A DNA stretch of 64,000 bases from Candidatus Obscuribacteraceae bacterium (GCA_044226015.1 JBGAHS010000002.1:96001-160000), one strand, 5' to 3'; positions 48,937 to 59,226 are shown, numbered from the stretch's first letter. Translations and numbers: made by a program. The notes: generated by a model from the letters alone, not told the origin.

Positions 48937-51720
48937 ATGACATTAGCATTAGTTGAAAAGCTATCGGACGTAAGAGATTTTAGAAAAATCCTCGAAACAA
49001 CGGTCAAGGAAATTGGAGAGAACTATTCCTCCGAGATGTGTCAAATCATATTGAGCAATCCACTTGACACGAACTTCACGTCAATTTGCGAATACATAGC
49101 AAACCCCGAAGAAGTCCAAGATGACTTGCCGTCAACCACGTTTCCTCTGCATCTTGAAGGCGGCGGACTTGGCTTGCTAAGCGTTTCAAGGCAAAACACC
49201 TTGACGAAAGAAGAAGTCGACGAAATTCGCATCACACTTGCAAACATATCTGATATTTTGAGATACGCTCAAATCAACGACCTTGTTCAGCGCGACACTT
49301 TCAGAAGCGCGTTCATGTCAGAAATCAGCAACCTGATGAAACTGCCTATGGGTTTGGGCGACGCACTTTTCATGGTTGTGAACATTCTGGGGAAAGCTCT
49401 GGCCTGCAGCAGATGTATTTTTGTCTGCTGCGACGACATGCGCTCTGATTGGAAATCATATGAGTATTTCCAGAGAGAACGCGGCGATATCATCGCAGCG
49501 CAACAATTCGGATTTCCATCAAAAGACTCAGCAATAGTTTCGCAAGCGCTCTTATCGATGGTTCCTATCATTTCATTTGAAGGTCAGCCAAACTCTTACA
49601 AGACTCCAGTTCAGGAAGAAATGGAGTTTATCGGCGTACGCTCGCAAGTCTGTGTTGCGATACGTTCAAACATCGCCGTTCATGGCGCAATCATAATTCA
49701 GCATTGCGATTCAAGGCATGCATGGACACGTGACGAAGTAGATATTGTACAGAGCGCTGCAGACACTATCGCAGAGGCTCTTTCGCAGCTGCCCGAAGAG
49801 ATGAAGGAAATTGCTCCGATAATGAGACTGCATCAAAATGATGTAGCAGACACGAAATCGATGAGTCAGCAAAGCATTCAGGAAGTTCGCAAAAACCTGA
49901 AGCGCACAATGAGCCATGGAATGATTCCCACGGCGAATACATCCAAACAGTCGGCTGCGGAGCAGAAGGCTCGGGCGGAAGCACCACCACCTCCTCCACC
50001 ACCCGCACCAGTACCAGCACCGCCTGTAGTGCCACCACAGGAAGAAGAAGAAGCTGCAGAACAGGTGCACGACCTCACCGAGTATCAAGAAGATGCTTAC
50101 GATGAGAAATCAGGAGAGGATGCAGTTCAAGAATATGTAGATGGAGGCTCTTCGTGGGGAGACGATCAGCAGTCCACAGATTGGGGAAGCGAAGCACCTG
50201 CCGAGAGCAACGAAGACCTGGGTGGACTCGCAGCTGCTATCGAATCAGCAGGCGAAGCGCAGACACCTCCGGTGCCGGCTCAGGAAGCACCGCCCAGCTT
50301 CCGCGGAGTACTCGGCGGAATACTTGGCAATCAGCGCAACGCAGGCAATTCCGTTGGTGCCTGGGACATCGAAACAAGCAATGAGCAACCACCCTCACCT
50401 CCAGGAATATCCGGAGCACCAGAACCAGACAGCGCAGCTACTGCGGCATCGGCAGCGAGCCAGTGGGGCGAACTAGACTCTATACCTACTCCAGGCGGCG
50501 AAGCTGCGGCGGCTCCTGCAGCTGGTGCGAGCAAATGGGGCAACCTTGATGCCATACCGGCTCCGGGTGGACCCGGTGCAGCAGCACAGGCACCGACCAG
50601 GCAAGGCGGGCTGGGACAGTCAGGATTGGGACAATCTGGACTGGGACATGCTCAACCTGCAGCAGCTCAAGGAGCAGCATCTGCAGCAAGCCAGTGGGGC
50701 GACCTGGACGCGATTCCCTCTCCAGGGGCGCCACAGCAGCCCCGTCAGGCTCCTCCAGCAGCGGCAGCCGCAGCCAGAGGACCAAGCAAGTGGGGCGATC
50801 TCGATGCAATTCCGGCTCCGGGGAAAACACCGGCGCACGCGCAGGCTGAAGCGCCAACAGATTGGGGACAGAATGAACCCGCACACAATACCCCTATGGG
50901 CGGTGGCGGACTCTCCGCGATGATGCTTGGCAAAGCAAAAGCCAGCGCAGTCACCTCGGGTCCCGGCGGACTTCTCGGCGCGCTCAACAAGGGTGGCGGA
51001 ATGAAACCACCTGCACCACCAGCATTTGTAGATGGACCTCCTATTCAAATAGATGAAGCTGCTGCCGAAGCAAAACTGAAGCAAATTCTGGCTTCGTCCA
51101 ACCCTACAAGTGATTACATATTTGCGACTCCGGGAATCGATATGCGCCTGCTTGGTCGTATAGATGGCTGGGTCACACAGGTTGAAGCGAAGGATAAATA
51201 CACTTACGGTCATGTCCGTGCGGTTGCAGAATATTCCAGTGCAGTCGCTCGAATGATGCAGATGAGCCCCGAAGAAGTAAATTCAATTAGATTGGCAGCC
51301 ATCGTTCATGATGTCGGCAAGCTTGGACTTCCACAGCAAATCTTGCAGAAGCCCGACGAACAACTAAACGATTCCGAACTTCTAATGACGATGAATCATA
51401 CACTTGATGGTGCCAAACTTATCGAGGGATTCCCTGAGCTTGCTCCGCTAGCACCTATTGTTCTGGCACACCATGAAGAGTTTGACGGCAATGGATATCC
51501 CGAAGGGCTTGCAGGCGAAGTCATTCCGCTGGCAGCTCGCATCATTCATGCTTGTAATGCTTACACCGAAATGGTGAGTGACCTGGTATATCGCCAGGGA
51601 ATGAACCCTCAGGAAGCTCAGAACGAGATGATGCGAAAGGCTGGAAGCACCTTTGACCCAGACGTTGTGCAGGCTCTCATAACTTGCATTTCACAGGGGC
51701 AAGTGCCAGCAAAATTCTAA
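48937..51720 (+). CDS. GAF + HD-GYP domain protein with long disordered repeat-containing linker
   Basis: GAF (GVRSQVCVAI...HAWTRDEVDIV); EAKDKYTYGH, VHDVGK, HHEEFDGNGYPEGLAGEVIP and FDPDVV. Confidence 0.9.
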   Translation: MTLALVEKLSDVRDFRKILETTVKEIGENYSSEMCQIILSNPLDTNFTSICEYIANPEEVQDDLPSTTFPLHLEGGGLGLLSVSRQNTLTKEEVDEIRITLANISDILRYAQINDLVQRDTFRSAFMSEISNLMKLPMGLGDALFMVVNILGKALACSRCIFVCCDDMRSDWKSYEYFQRERGDIIAAQQFGFPSKDSAIVSQALLSMVPIISFEGQPNSYKTPVQEEMEFIGVRSQVCVAIRSNIAVHGAIIIQHCDSRHAWTRDEVDIVQSAADTIAEALSQLPEEMKEIAPIMRLHQNDVADTKSMSQQSIQEVRKNLKRTMSHGMIPTANTSKQSAAEQKARAEAPPPPPPPAPVPAPPVVPPQEEEEAAEQVHDLTEYQEDAYDEKSGEDAVQEYVDGGSSWGDDQQSTDWGSEAPAESNEDLGGLAAAIESAGEAQTPPVPAQEAPPSFRGVLGGILGNQRNAGNSVGAWDIETSNEQPPSPPGISGAPEPDSAATAASAASQWGELDSIPTPGGEAAAAPAAGASKWGNLDAIPAPGGPGAAAQAPTRQGGLGQSGLGQSGLGHAQPAAAQGAASAASQWGDLDAIPSPGAPQQPRQAPPAAAAAARGPSKWGDLDAIPAPGKTPAHAQAEAPTDWGQNEPAHNTPMGGGGLSAMMLGKAKASAVTSGPGGLLGALNKGGGMKPPAPPAFVDGPPIQIDEAAAEAKLKQILASSNPTSDYIFATPGIDMRLLGRIDGWVTQVEAKDKYTYGHVRAVAEYSSAVARMMQMSPEEVNSIRLAAIVHDVGKLGLPQQILQKPDEQLNDSELLMTMNHTLDGAKLIEGFPELAPLAPIVLAHHEEFDGNGYPEGLAGEVIPLAARIIHACNAYTEMVSDLVYRQGMNPQEAQNEMMRKAGSTFDPDVVQALITCISQGQVPAKF
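50458..50823 (+). repeat. Four dispersed coding repeats S[QK]WG[DEN]LD[AS]IP[AST]PG
   Basis: Copies at 50458-50496, 50530-50568, 50689-50727 and 50785-50823. Confidence 0.92.
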
Positions 51721-51749
51721 GTACAGCCTAGAAAAGAAAGCGATTAAAG

Positions 51750-52295
51750 ATGCCAGAGCAAGGTACTCAATCATTCCATGTTTGCACCGCCACTCTTGCA
51801 GACATCGACCAGCTGGAAAAGCTAGTAAATCTGGCTTACCGAGGAGGTAAGTCAACTGTAGCATGGAAAAACGAAGACCACCTTGTGGAAGGTCCACGTA
51901 TTGTGCCAGATGATTTGCGAAAGTATATCGACTCAAAAGATGAGTCCCGAATTCTCTTTCTGAGAAATGAAGAGCAGGTCATGGTCGGAACAGTGCATGT
52001 CGAAAAGCACGGCAATGAGGCGCACATTGGAATGCTCGCCGTTCATCCTGATTTTCAAAATTACGGGCTGGGAAAAAAATTACTTTTGCTCGGCGAAGAA
52101 TGCGCCGTAAAAACATTCAATTGCTCCACGGGCAAAATGTTCGTCTTTGCAGGACGGGAAGAGCTTCTTGCCTGGTACAACAAAATGGGTTACCAGGGCA
52201 CTGGTGAAACTATGCCGTTCTTCGGACCAGAATCAGGCTTAACACCTAAAGTAGAGAACGCTCATTTCGTCGTGGTTCAAAAGTCTCTGCTCTGA
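51750..52295 (+). CDS. GNAT-family N-acetyltransferase
   Basis: LVNLAYRG, IGMLAVHPDFQNYGLGKKLL and LLAWYNKMGY. Confidence 0.92.
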   Translation: MPEQGTQSFHVCTATLADIDQLEKLVNLAYRGGKSTVAWKNEDHLVEGPRIVPDDLRKYIDSKDESRILFLRNEEQVMVGTVHVEKHGNEAHIGMLAVHPDFQNYGLGKKLLLLGEECAVKTFNCSTGKMFVFAGREELLAWYNKMGYQGTGETMPFFGPESGLTPKVENAHFVVVQKSLL

Positions 52296-52380
52296 ATCGC
52301 TGCTGTGTTTCTATAGCGTCAGATTCAGGAAATAGCTTGCAAATTCAAAAATCAAAGCGGTGGTAGAGGAGCGAAGAAAG

Positions 52381-53862
52381 ATGGCTAAGAAGCACTCAAG
52401 CAATACCGCAACGGATCCGACTCCTGCGAAAAGTAAGAGTTCAAAAGTATCGGACAAAACAGATCTAACTGGCAATGCTGAACAAGCTTTGAAAACGAGG
52501 GCGTGGATAAAAAGCGGTGCCAGCCGTTCCGAGCGCAAGGAATTCGGAAAAGCAGCAAGGGAGAAGACGCCTCTTGCGGCACACGCAAAGCCTCTGATTT
52601 CTGGACAGCAACGTGACGTGGTGCAAGTCCTCGAGGATTCAAATGTTGGAAGATTGCCCGACCTTATTCCGCTGCGATATGGACGAATGCTGAGTTCAGC
52701 CTTCAATTTCTACCGTGGCAGCGCTGCATTGATGGCGAAAGATCTTGCCGTGACTCCAAACTCCGGGTTCATAGTACAAGCATGTGGTGATTGCCACATT
52801 CATAATTTCGGCGCATTCGCTACACCAGAGCGCCGAATAGTTATTGATATAAATGATTTTGACGAGACTCTGCCAGCGCCATGGGAATGGGATGTGAAGC
52901 GACTTTCGGCAAGCCTTGTACTGGCTGCGAAAGACCGTGGTTTCTCAAACGACCTGGCACATGAAGCAGCATGGCTCATGGCACAATCATATCGCTGTTA
53001 CATGAATGAGCTTTCTTCTATGTCAGCACTAGAGATATGGTACTCACAAATTTCGGCTGAAAACTTCCTCGCGCGCATCGGTGCAGACACGCGAAAACGC
53101 GTCGAGCAGAGCTTGAAGGATGCAGCGCAGAAATCTTCCACAGAGGTTTTGACAGAAAAGTATACCGTCGTCACGAATGGAAAGCTGCGCTTCAGAGACA
53201 TTCCACCATTGCTGTGCCACTTAGAAGATGTCACCATAGATGGTGAAACACGAGAAGCGTTCGAGAGTTATCGCACCACGCTTACAGAGGAAAAGCGCAT
53301 TCTCCTGGACAAGTTCGATATGGTAGATATCGCGAGAAAAGTTGTAGGTATCGGTAGCGTCGGCACCTCCTGTGGTGTCTTACTTTTAGCTGGCGCGGAA
53401 AACGATGTTTTAATATTGCAAATAAAGGAAGCCAGACAGTCTGTGCTTGAGCCTTACGCAGGTACATCGAAGTTCACTCATCATGGGCAGAGAGTAGTGC
53501 AGGGACAAAAGCTCATGCAAGCAGCAAGCGATATGTTTTTAGGATGGACAACCGGTAGAAAACCTGCGCAGAGGCACTTCTTTGTTCGACAATTGCGCGA
53601 CATGAAAGTCGGCGTGAACACAGCCTATTGGAATAAAGACGATTTCAATAGCAACCCTGTGGTAGCAGGAGAGATACTCGCGCGAGCGCACGCCCGGTCA
53701 GGTGACGCAGCCATCATGCGAGGCTATTTGGGAAAGAGCGAAGCCTTTGAAGATGCTATAGGCAAATATGGCGTCGCCTACGCAAAGCAAACTGAGCGCG
53801 ACTATAGCATCTTCACCAATGCATGCAAGTCTGGGAAACTCAAAGTACAAATGGGCGATTAG
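52381..53862 (+). CDS. DUF2252 family (kinase-like fold) protein
   Basis: RYGRML, FYRGSAALMA, CGDCHIHNFG, DINDFDE, RKVVGIGSVG, LQIKEA, VRQLRD and LARAHARSGD. Confidence 0.93.
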   Translation: MAKKHSSNTATDPTPAKSKSSKVSDKTDLTGNAEQALKTRAWIKSGASRSERKEFGKAAREKTPLAAHAKPLISGQQRDVVQVLEDSNVGRLPDLIPLRYGRMLSSAFNFYRGSAALMAKDLAVTPNSGFIVQACGDCHIHNFGAFATPERRIVIDINDFDETLPAPWEWDVKRLSASLVLAAKDRGFSNDLAHEAAWLMAQSYRCYMNELSSMSALEIWYSQISAENFLARIGADTRKRVEQSLKDAAQKSSTEVLTEKYTVVTNGKLRFRDIPPLLCHLEDVTIDGETREAFESYRTTLTEEKRILLDKFDMVDIARKVVGIGSVGTSCGVLLLAGAENDVLILQIKEARQSVLEPYAGTSKFTHHGQRVVQGQKLMQAASDMFLGWTTGRKPAQRHFFVRQLRDMKVGVNTAYWNKDDFNSNPVVAGEILARAHARSGDAAIMRGYLGKSEAFEDAIGKYGVAYAKQTERDYSIFTNACKSGKLKVQMGD

Positions 53863-53984
53863 CTGCCGCTTCGTAGTTTCCCCAATATGCCCGCGTGAAG
53901 TTCCAGTATAGACTGTTCCAATCGGATAATTGGTTTGCTAGGGCTTCTAAGGTGCTGGACAAAACTAGCGCAGGAAAACTTCTT

Positions 53985-56933
53985 ATGTCGGCTGACAATC
54001 TTGAGCCGACAGCGAATACCTTTTTGCGGGCAGCAGCCTACGCTGACTTGCAGTCACCCGTCAACGCACTCGCTCAAATAGCAGACTCAACATTTCACAC
54101 CAATCTTTTGCCAAAAGTGCAGTTTATGGATGCGCCCCAAAAGCTGCATTCCGAGCAACATGGTTATTGGGCACAGAACCTGGGAAGCGCCGCTGGTTCC
54201 ATCATTCCTTTTATGCTTACCGCTGCCGCAGTCAAATCTTCATCGCGCTTCTCAGCGGTGGAATCGCTTGCAGCAAAAGAATCTATGATGGGGCTGAGCA
54301 ATCGAGAAGCCTTTGCAATCGGCGCATTGCACGACTCGCTTTTGCGTCCCAGCAACCCCTCGGATGACAAACCACTGATTGTCTCTCGTGCGCTCAGTGG
54401 GCTGGCTGGCGGCACCACAATGCTGGCAATCACAAAAATCACTTCTCATGCCAGCGAGGGGGCAGCCCTCGTTTTGTCTCCGCGAGCATTTAAGTTCGCG
54501 CAAATTCCAATTGGCATGATAGCTTCAGCTCCAGCAGGGGCACTCGGAGCAGAACTGAATGCGCGGCTAACCGAAAATCGCGCTGCGACAAGCGAAGAGC
54601 TGAAGGAAGCAGCCCTCACGACAGCAGTCCTTACAGGTGCTTTCGGAGCAGCTTCCAAGTATGAAGCAAAGACCGATGGTTCAATAAAAAGCTACAGAAT
54701 AAGCGGAGGCTCAAAAGCAGTCGATGCGGGTATGCGTCAAATCGCGCAATCCGGAGAAACAACATTCCAAGCCAGACAAGACTTAGGCAGACAAGGACTG
54801 ACAGGACTCTTTGGCATGAAGAGCTTTGCCGAGCCCCGAGCACTTCTGGTTCGCGATTCTGCAATTGCACCGCGCTTGTCAGCGACACAAATGACAAACT
54901 TAGATTTGCTGGCTACCTGCTACCCCGAAGCAAAATTTAGTCAACACACTGTTGTTCCAGAAGCAGAGTCCAAGCCATTGTGGATGAGAGCAAATGGAAA
55001 GCAGCTCGACTTCACTGCAAAGGAAGAGAATGTCGCAGCAGATTGGAAGCACCTCGGACCGACACATACTGCCGAGGCACTGCTGGAGAAGATTCGCACG
55101 GGAGATCTTAATGCAGCAAGGCAAGTTGTTGATCTGCTTGAGCGAGTAAAGTACAAGCAGGAAATTTCGCAGCGCGAAATGCCTGTTGCAGAAGGGCTCT
55201 TAAAGGTCTCATCGAAAACCATACAACAGGGAATTTCGCCAGATGGAGAGCGCCTCCTCACGATTCTCTCTTCAAAAGAGAACCAGATTACTGCTCGCAC
55301 ACTGGAGACAGTTCGCAATTCCGGCAAACAGATAAGCGGTGAGAATGTTGCGGAAGAAGCTGTACTGAAAGAGTCGCAAGCCTGGGAAAAATTGAACGGT
55401 GCACTTGATTTTCGCGTATCAACAATCGGTGAGCGCCGCGCTCTTAGCTCATCTGAACTTGATCTAGTAAACAACATAAATCAACAAGCGCGAGAAAGAA
55501 TTTTCGCTCTAGAGCAAGAACAGAACGCCGGCAAACAACTGAGCGAAGGACTGCAAGGTCTTCTAGGCGAACTCAAAGATGGACAGGACATGCTATTCGA
55601 CACAATAGCGAACAGGCAATTGTTGGACATTGCAGACCTTGAACTTGCTGGACAAGCGCTTTCCTTCAGCCAGGCAGCGCGACGCAGAATAGCTCTGAGA
55701 ATGACCGATGAAGGAATCAATTATTACAACAGACTCTCTGACGTGCGCAATGGCCAGGGCTTGAACGATCTAGAAGCGAAGACTCTGTCAGAGCTTGTGG
55801 AAGGCAGGCACGATTTTCGTGCGCGCGAACAAGCAGCATTAGACGCAATCAAGGCAAACAATGGTCGGCAAGCATCGGATATTTTAGGTTCAAGAGAACG
55901 ATTGAGATCCTTCCAGCAGCAGGCATGGCGGCGGCAAGACCCAGTCAGCTTTGACGAAAGTCTCGCTGAAGTAAATGCCAGAGAGTCTCAACTTGCTGAG
56001 TTGAACAAAAGAAGGGCAAGTCCAGACAATATTCGTGCAGCCACAATGGAACTTAGTAAAGCACAGCAAGACATGGCAAATAGGCACTTGCCTGCTGATT
56101 CCTATCGCGGCATTCTGGCAGACCTTCGTGCGGTACAGAACCGCGTGCAAACTCTCAACAGAGCTGCTCAATTGAATGATGCCCAACGTGCTGAGCTTAC
56201 TGAACTTCGAGGCATCTCCGGTCAAACCGTCGAAGCAATTTTCCGAGACTACATACCTTGGGCTCCGGAAGCCCTGGAGAATACTCAATCACTCATGGTT
56301 CCAGCCGGCATGAGAAAGGTTGGTCTGAAAGATGGAAACAACGACGAACTCGCGCTCGCTCATGCATTCGGTCAAGCATTGGAAAGCAGAGCGCTAAAAA
56401 GCAAACAAAGCGATGCTGCTTCCGATTATTCAGACGCGAAGAATTGGAGTGGAATTCACGTTCCCGATGGCTCAGCAGCAGACCATGCAAAGGCAGATTT
56501 GATTCTCTTCAACCGCAAGACTGGTCATTATTTTCTCTTTGACATTACGTCTAGCGTTGACGCAGGTTCTACAAATTTGTTGGCACGCGATATGGTGGCA
56601 CGAGGACATGAGACTGGGCTGGCAGACAAGAAAGCCATGATTGCAGGGGAGAGAGAGCCTTTTGTGCTCGCGACATCATCGATTGCAGACTGGAGTTCAG
56701 CGCTGAATTCCGCAAAGGGTATCGAACGGCTCAGCCAAATAATATCGAATGTGATAGCCAAAGACAGACCATTCAATATTATAGACAGCGGGCTGCCATC
56801 CACAAATCCAGCGATTCCTTCCAGAACAATGGTAACGCAGTTAGAATCTTTCCAGCAAAGCCTGAACCGCATGAATTATTATGATTGGGCTAGAGAGCTG
56901 CACGGGGCAAAAACATACTTGCGCAGCCGCTAA
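53985..56933 (+). CDS. Large hypothetical protein: hydrophobic G/A-rich N-terminus, helical middle, possible nuclease-like C-terminus
   Basis: Long uninterrupted ORF; start set at the ATG of MSADNL behind AGGA. No confident family assignment. Confidence 0.7.
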   Translation: MSADNLEPTANTFLRAAAYADLQSPVNALAQIADSTFHTNLLPKVQFMDAPQKLHSEQHGYWAQNLGSAAGSIIPFMLTAAAVKSSSRFSAVESLAAKESMMGLSNREAFAIGALHDSLLRPSNPSDDKPLIVSRALSGLAGGTTMLAITKITSHASEGAALVLSPRAFKFAQIPIGMIASAPAGALGAELNARLTENRAATSEELKEAALTTAVLTGAFGAASKYEAKTDGSIKSYRISGGSKAVDAGMRQIAQSGETTFQARQDLGRQGLTGLFGMKSFAEPRALLVRDSAIAPRLSATQMTNLDLLATCYPEAKFSQHTVVPEAESKPLWMRANGKQLDFTAKEENVAADWKHLGPTHTAEALLEKIRTGDLNAARQVVDLLERVKYKQEISQREMPVAEGLLKVSSKTIQQGISPDGERLLTILSSKENQITARTLETVRNSGKQISGENVAEEAVLKESQAWEKLNGALDFRVSTIGERRALSSSELDLVNNINQQARERIFALEQEQNAGKQLSEGLQGLLGELKDGQDMLFDTIANRQLLDIADLELAGQALSFSQAARRRIALRMTDEGINYYNRLSDVRNGQGLNDLEAKTLSELVEGRHDFRAREQAALDAIKANNGRQASDILGSRERLRSFQQQAWRRQDPVSFDESLAEVNARESQLAELNKRRASPDNIRAATMELSKAQQDMANRHLPADSYRGILADLRAVQNRVQTLNRAAQLNDAQRAELTELRGISGQTVEAIFRDYIPWAPEALENTQSLMVPAGMRKVGLKDGNNDELALAHAFGQALESRALKSKQSDAASDYSDAKNWSGIHVPDGSAADHAKADLILFNRKTGHYFLFDITSSVDAGSTNLLARDMVARGHETGLADKKAMIAGEREPFVLATSSIADWSSALNSAKGIERLSQIISNVIAKDRPFNIIDSGLPSTNPAIPSRTMVTQLESFQQSLNRMNYYDWARELHGAKTYLRSR

Positions 56934-56941
56934 TATTACTT

Positions 56942-57622
56942 TTAGCGCAAATGTGCCGGTAGTAGATTCAACGGTTCGCCAACTTTTGCTGCAGCAGGCT
57001 GACGCTCCGCCCGCGGAGCTGCGGACTTAGGCGCAGCTTTCACTTCTGTTTTCCATGCTCCAATCTCAGCTGGGTGCACAGCCGGTCTCAAGTGAGGAGC
57101 CTCTGTCTTTGGTGTCCTTGCAGGCTCAGTTTTATGAGCATGGAGTGGTTTCCAACCAACATGGTTCTCAGCCTTCGCTGGTGGCGCCTGTGGTGCTTCA
57201 GCAAGTTTAGTTTCCTGCAATTTCAATTCAGGCAACTTCATGGAAGCATCGTAAGAGCTTGCTTCACCCTTGACGCTGGCGAGCTTCCAGTTTTTGTCCA
57301 AATACATTTTGACCTGCTGACCGTCACCCCCCACGGTGATTTCCATCAAACCATCAGCAGACTTACCCCATTTTACGTTGCCGCGTACCTTGCACAATCC
57401 CTGGCTATCAAACCGCTGCTCACTACCGTCTGCAGTTTTGACTGAGTTCTTGCAATTGGGATCTATTTTGTCATTGTTTAGTTGAGCGTTAACGCTGCCG
57501 TCTTTTCCAAAAACAGCTTGTTGCTGCCCCCGGGTTATTACAAACTCAAACGGCGCCGGCTGTGCTGGCGCGTCATCCTTCTTCTGCGAAACTTGATCCA
57601 TGCCCATGACTGCAACCCTCAT
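56942..57622 (-). CDS. Hypothetical protein
   Basis: 226-aa ORF filling the gap; beta-rich N-terminal half and P/A/K-rich tail. Start may be 57607 or 57601. Confidence 0.6.
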   Translation of the reverse strand: MRVAVMGMDQVSQKKDDAPAQPAPFEFVITRGQQQAVFGKDGSVNAQLNNDKIDPNCKNSVKTADGSEQRFDSQGLCKVRGNVKWGKSADGLMEITVGGDGQQVKMYLDKNWKLASVKGEASSYDASMKLPELKLQETKLAEAPQAPPAKAENHVGWKPLHAHKTEPARTPKTEAPHLRPAVHPAEIGAWKTEVKAAPKSAAPRAERQPAAAKVGEPLNLLPAHLR

Positions 57623-57831
57623 CCAATAATGGAATCATTCCAGAAAATTACGGTATGCAAAATGTACAGAACGGCATGGTTGACTGCACGTTCGCACAGT
57701 CTTCATCAAAGGGAACCATCTAGCAGATGCTCAGGTCTAACAATAGATGTCTTACAAAATGTGGGCGACAGGATGGGATTTCAGTGATTGCTGTTGGGTA
57801 TATCTAATGGCAGCTTCTGCGGAACCTAGCG

Positions 57832-59226
57832 ATGAACAAATTGAGAAAACCTTTCTTTGCCTTAGTGCTTCTGATTTCGCTGTCCTGCGATCCGGCAACG
57901 GCCGGCAATTGGATGACACCGTACGAGAGCCTGATTGAGAATGGGCAGCTCAGTGAAGTCCTAACACGAGCTAAAGCAGTCAGAGATAAGAAAAAGACTG
58001 TCCCTGAGGCGTGGTTGGAATATGCCTTCATTGCAAATGCATGCGGCTTTGTGAGCGAAGCTCACGATGCTTATACCTATTATGCCAGGCAATTTCCACA
58101 GGAAACAAAAGTGAAATTCGCGCTCAAAAGGGCTCAGAAGCTGCAATCGGAATTGAAGAAATTCCCTGAAACCGTCGCTCAAAATCTCTCCGCCGATGAT
58201 TATTGCCTGGTAGACAGAATATCATCAACATCCCTCCGTCTGCGCTGGTCGAAAGAAAAGATGCCTCTGAAAGTATTCTATTTGGTTGAACCAGGCTTGG
58301 ACGCCGCGGTCTACCGCAACGCCGTCTTGGAAGCCTTGAAAGCCTGGACACAGGGCTCGAATAATCTCGTTTCATTCCTCATGGTGTCTGAAAAAGAAAA
58401 AGCCGACATCGACATATTCTTCACAGCCGATGTAAATAACGAGCACATTGTTGGCAGCGCCGGTAATACCAGATACAAGTCTGACCAACGTCAATTGAAG
58501 AAGGCTTCAATTGTAGTTTTGACAACAGACCACTATACGGGAAAACCCAGACCCCTAGCCAAGACAGCCCGCACTATTACTCACGAGTTGGGACACGCCC
58601 TCGGGCTGGGGCATAGTAAAGACCCGGCCGATTTGATGTATTTTGCTGGAAACTGGGCCGGCACTGGTGCTCCCCCTTCCGAACGCGATCTCAGGATCCT
58701 CAATCTGCTTTACAAGACGGACAATAAAGAGCTTTTAGAACGAGTGATCAGCGCGATTACTAAGGCGAGTGATGAATCTTGCCCAATGCTTGTCAAAATG
58801 TATGAATTCGTCGGAGAAGATTTCTATCAGTCCCAAAATCAAAGCGAGGCACTTGCCTGGTTTGAGAAAGCCGATCGACTGGCAGCAAGGTTGAAACAGC
58901 CGGACGAGAAAGCTAATAGTCGACGGGTCTGGTTTCTGTCGTCAATCAATTACAAGCTGAAGAATTACGCTGCCGCCGTGCCTTATTACCAGCGTTATCT
59001 CGCCCTATGTGATCCAAAAGATCCCAAGCGGGTTTCGGTAGAGCGAATCCTCGCCTGGTGCAAGGGACATGGGGACAAAGGCGAATCCGGCTCCGTCCAA
59101 ACAGCAAGCGACCAGGCAAGTCATCAGACGGAGACTGCCACTGTCGGAGACACTATCGAAACGGAGTCGCGCGAAACCACCAGTGACACTGCCGGTGGTG
59201 CAGAAGGGGAGAGTAGTGGCAATTAG
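57832..59226 (+). CDS. Exported matrixin-like metalloprotease with TPR-like flanks
   Basis: Signal peptide; RWSKEKMPLKV, ADIDIFF, THELGHALGLGHS and Met-turn DLMY. Confidence 0.88.
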   Translation: MNKLRKPFFALVLLISLSCDPATAGNWMTPYESLIENGQLSEVLTRAKAVRDKKKTVPEAWLEYAFIANACGFVSEAHDAYTYYARQFPQETKVKFALKRAQKLQSELKKFPETVAQNLSADDYCLVDRISSTSLRLRWSKEKMPLKVFYLVEPGLDAAVYRNAVLEALKAWTQGSNNLVSFLMVSEKEKADIDIFFTADVNNEHIVGSAGNTRYKSDQRQLKKASIVVLTTDHYTGKPRPLAKTARTITHELGHALGLGHSKDPADLMYFAGNWAGTGAPPSERDLRILNLLYKTDNKELLERVISAITKASDESCPMLVKMYEFVGEDFYQSQNQSEALAWFEKADRLAARLKQPDEKANSRRVWFLSSINYKLKNYAAAVPYYQRYLALCDPKDPKRVSVERILAWCKGHGDKGESGSVQTASDQASHQTETATVGDTIETESRETTSDTAGGAEGESSGN

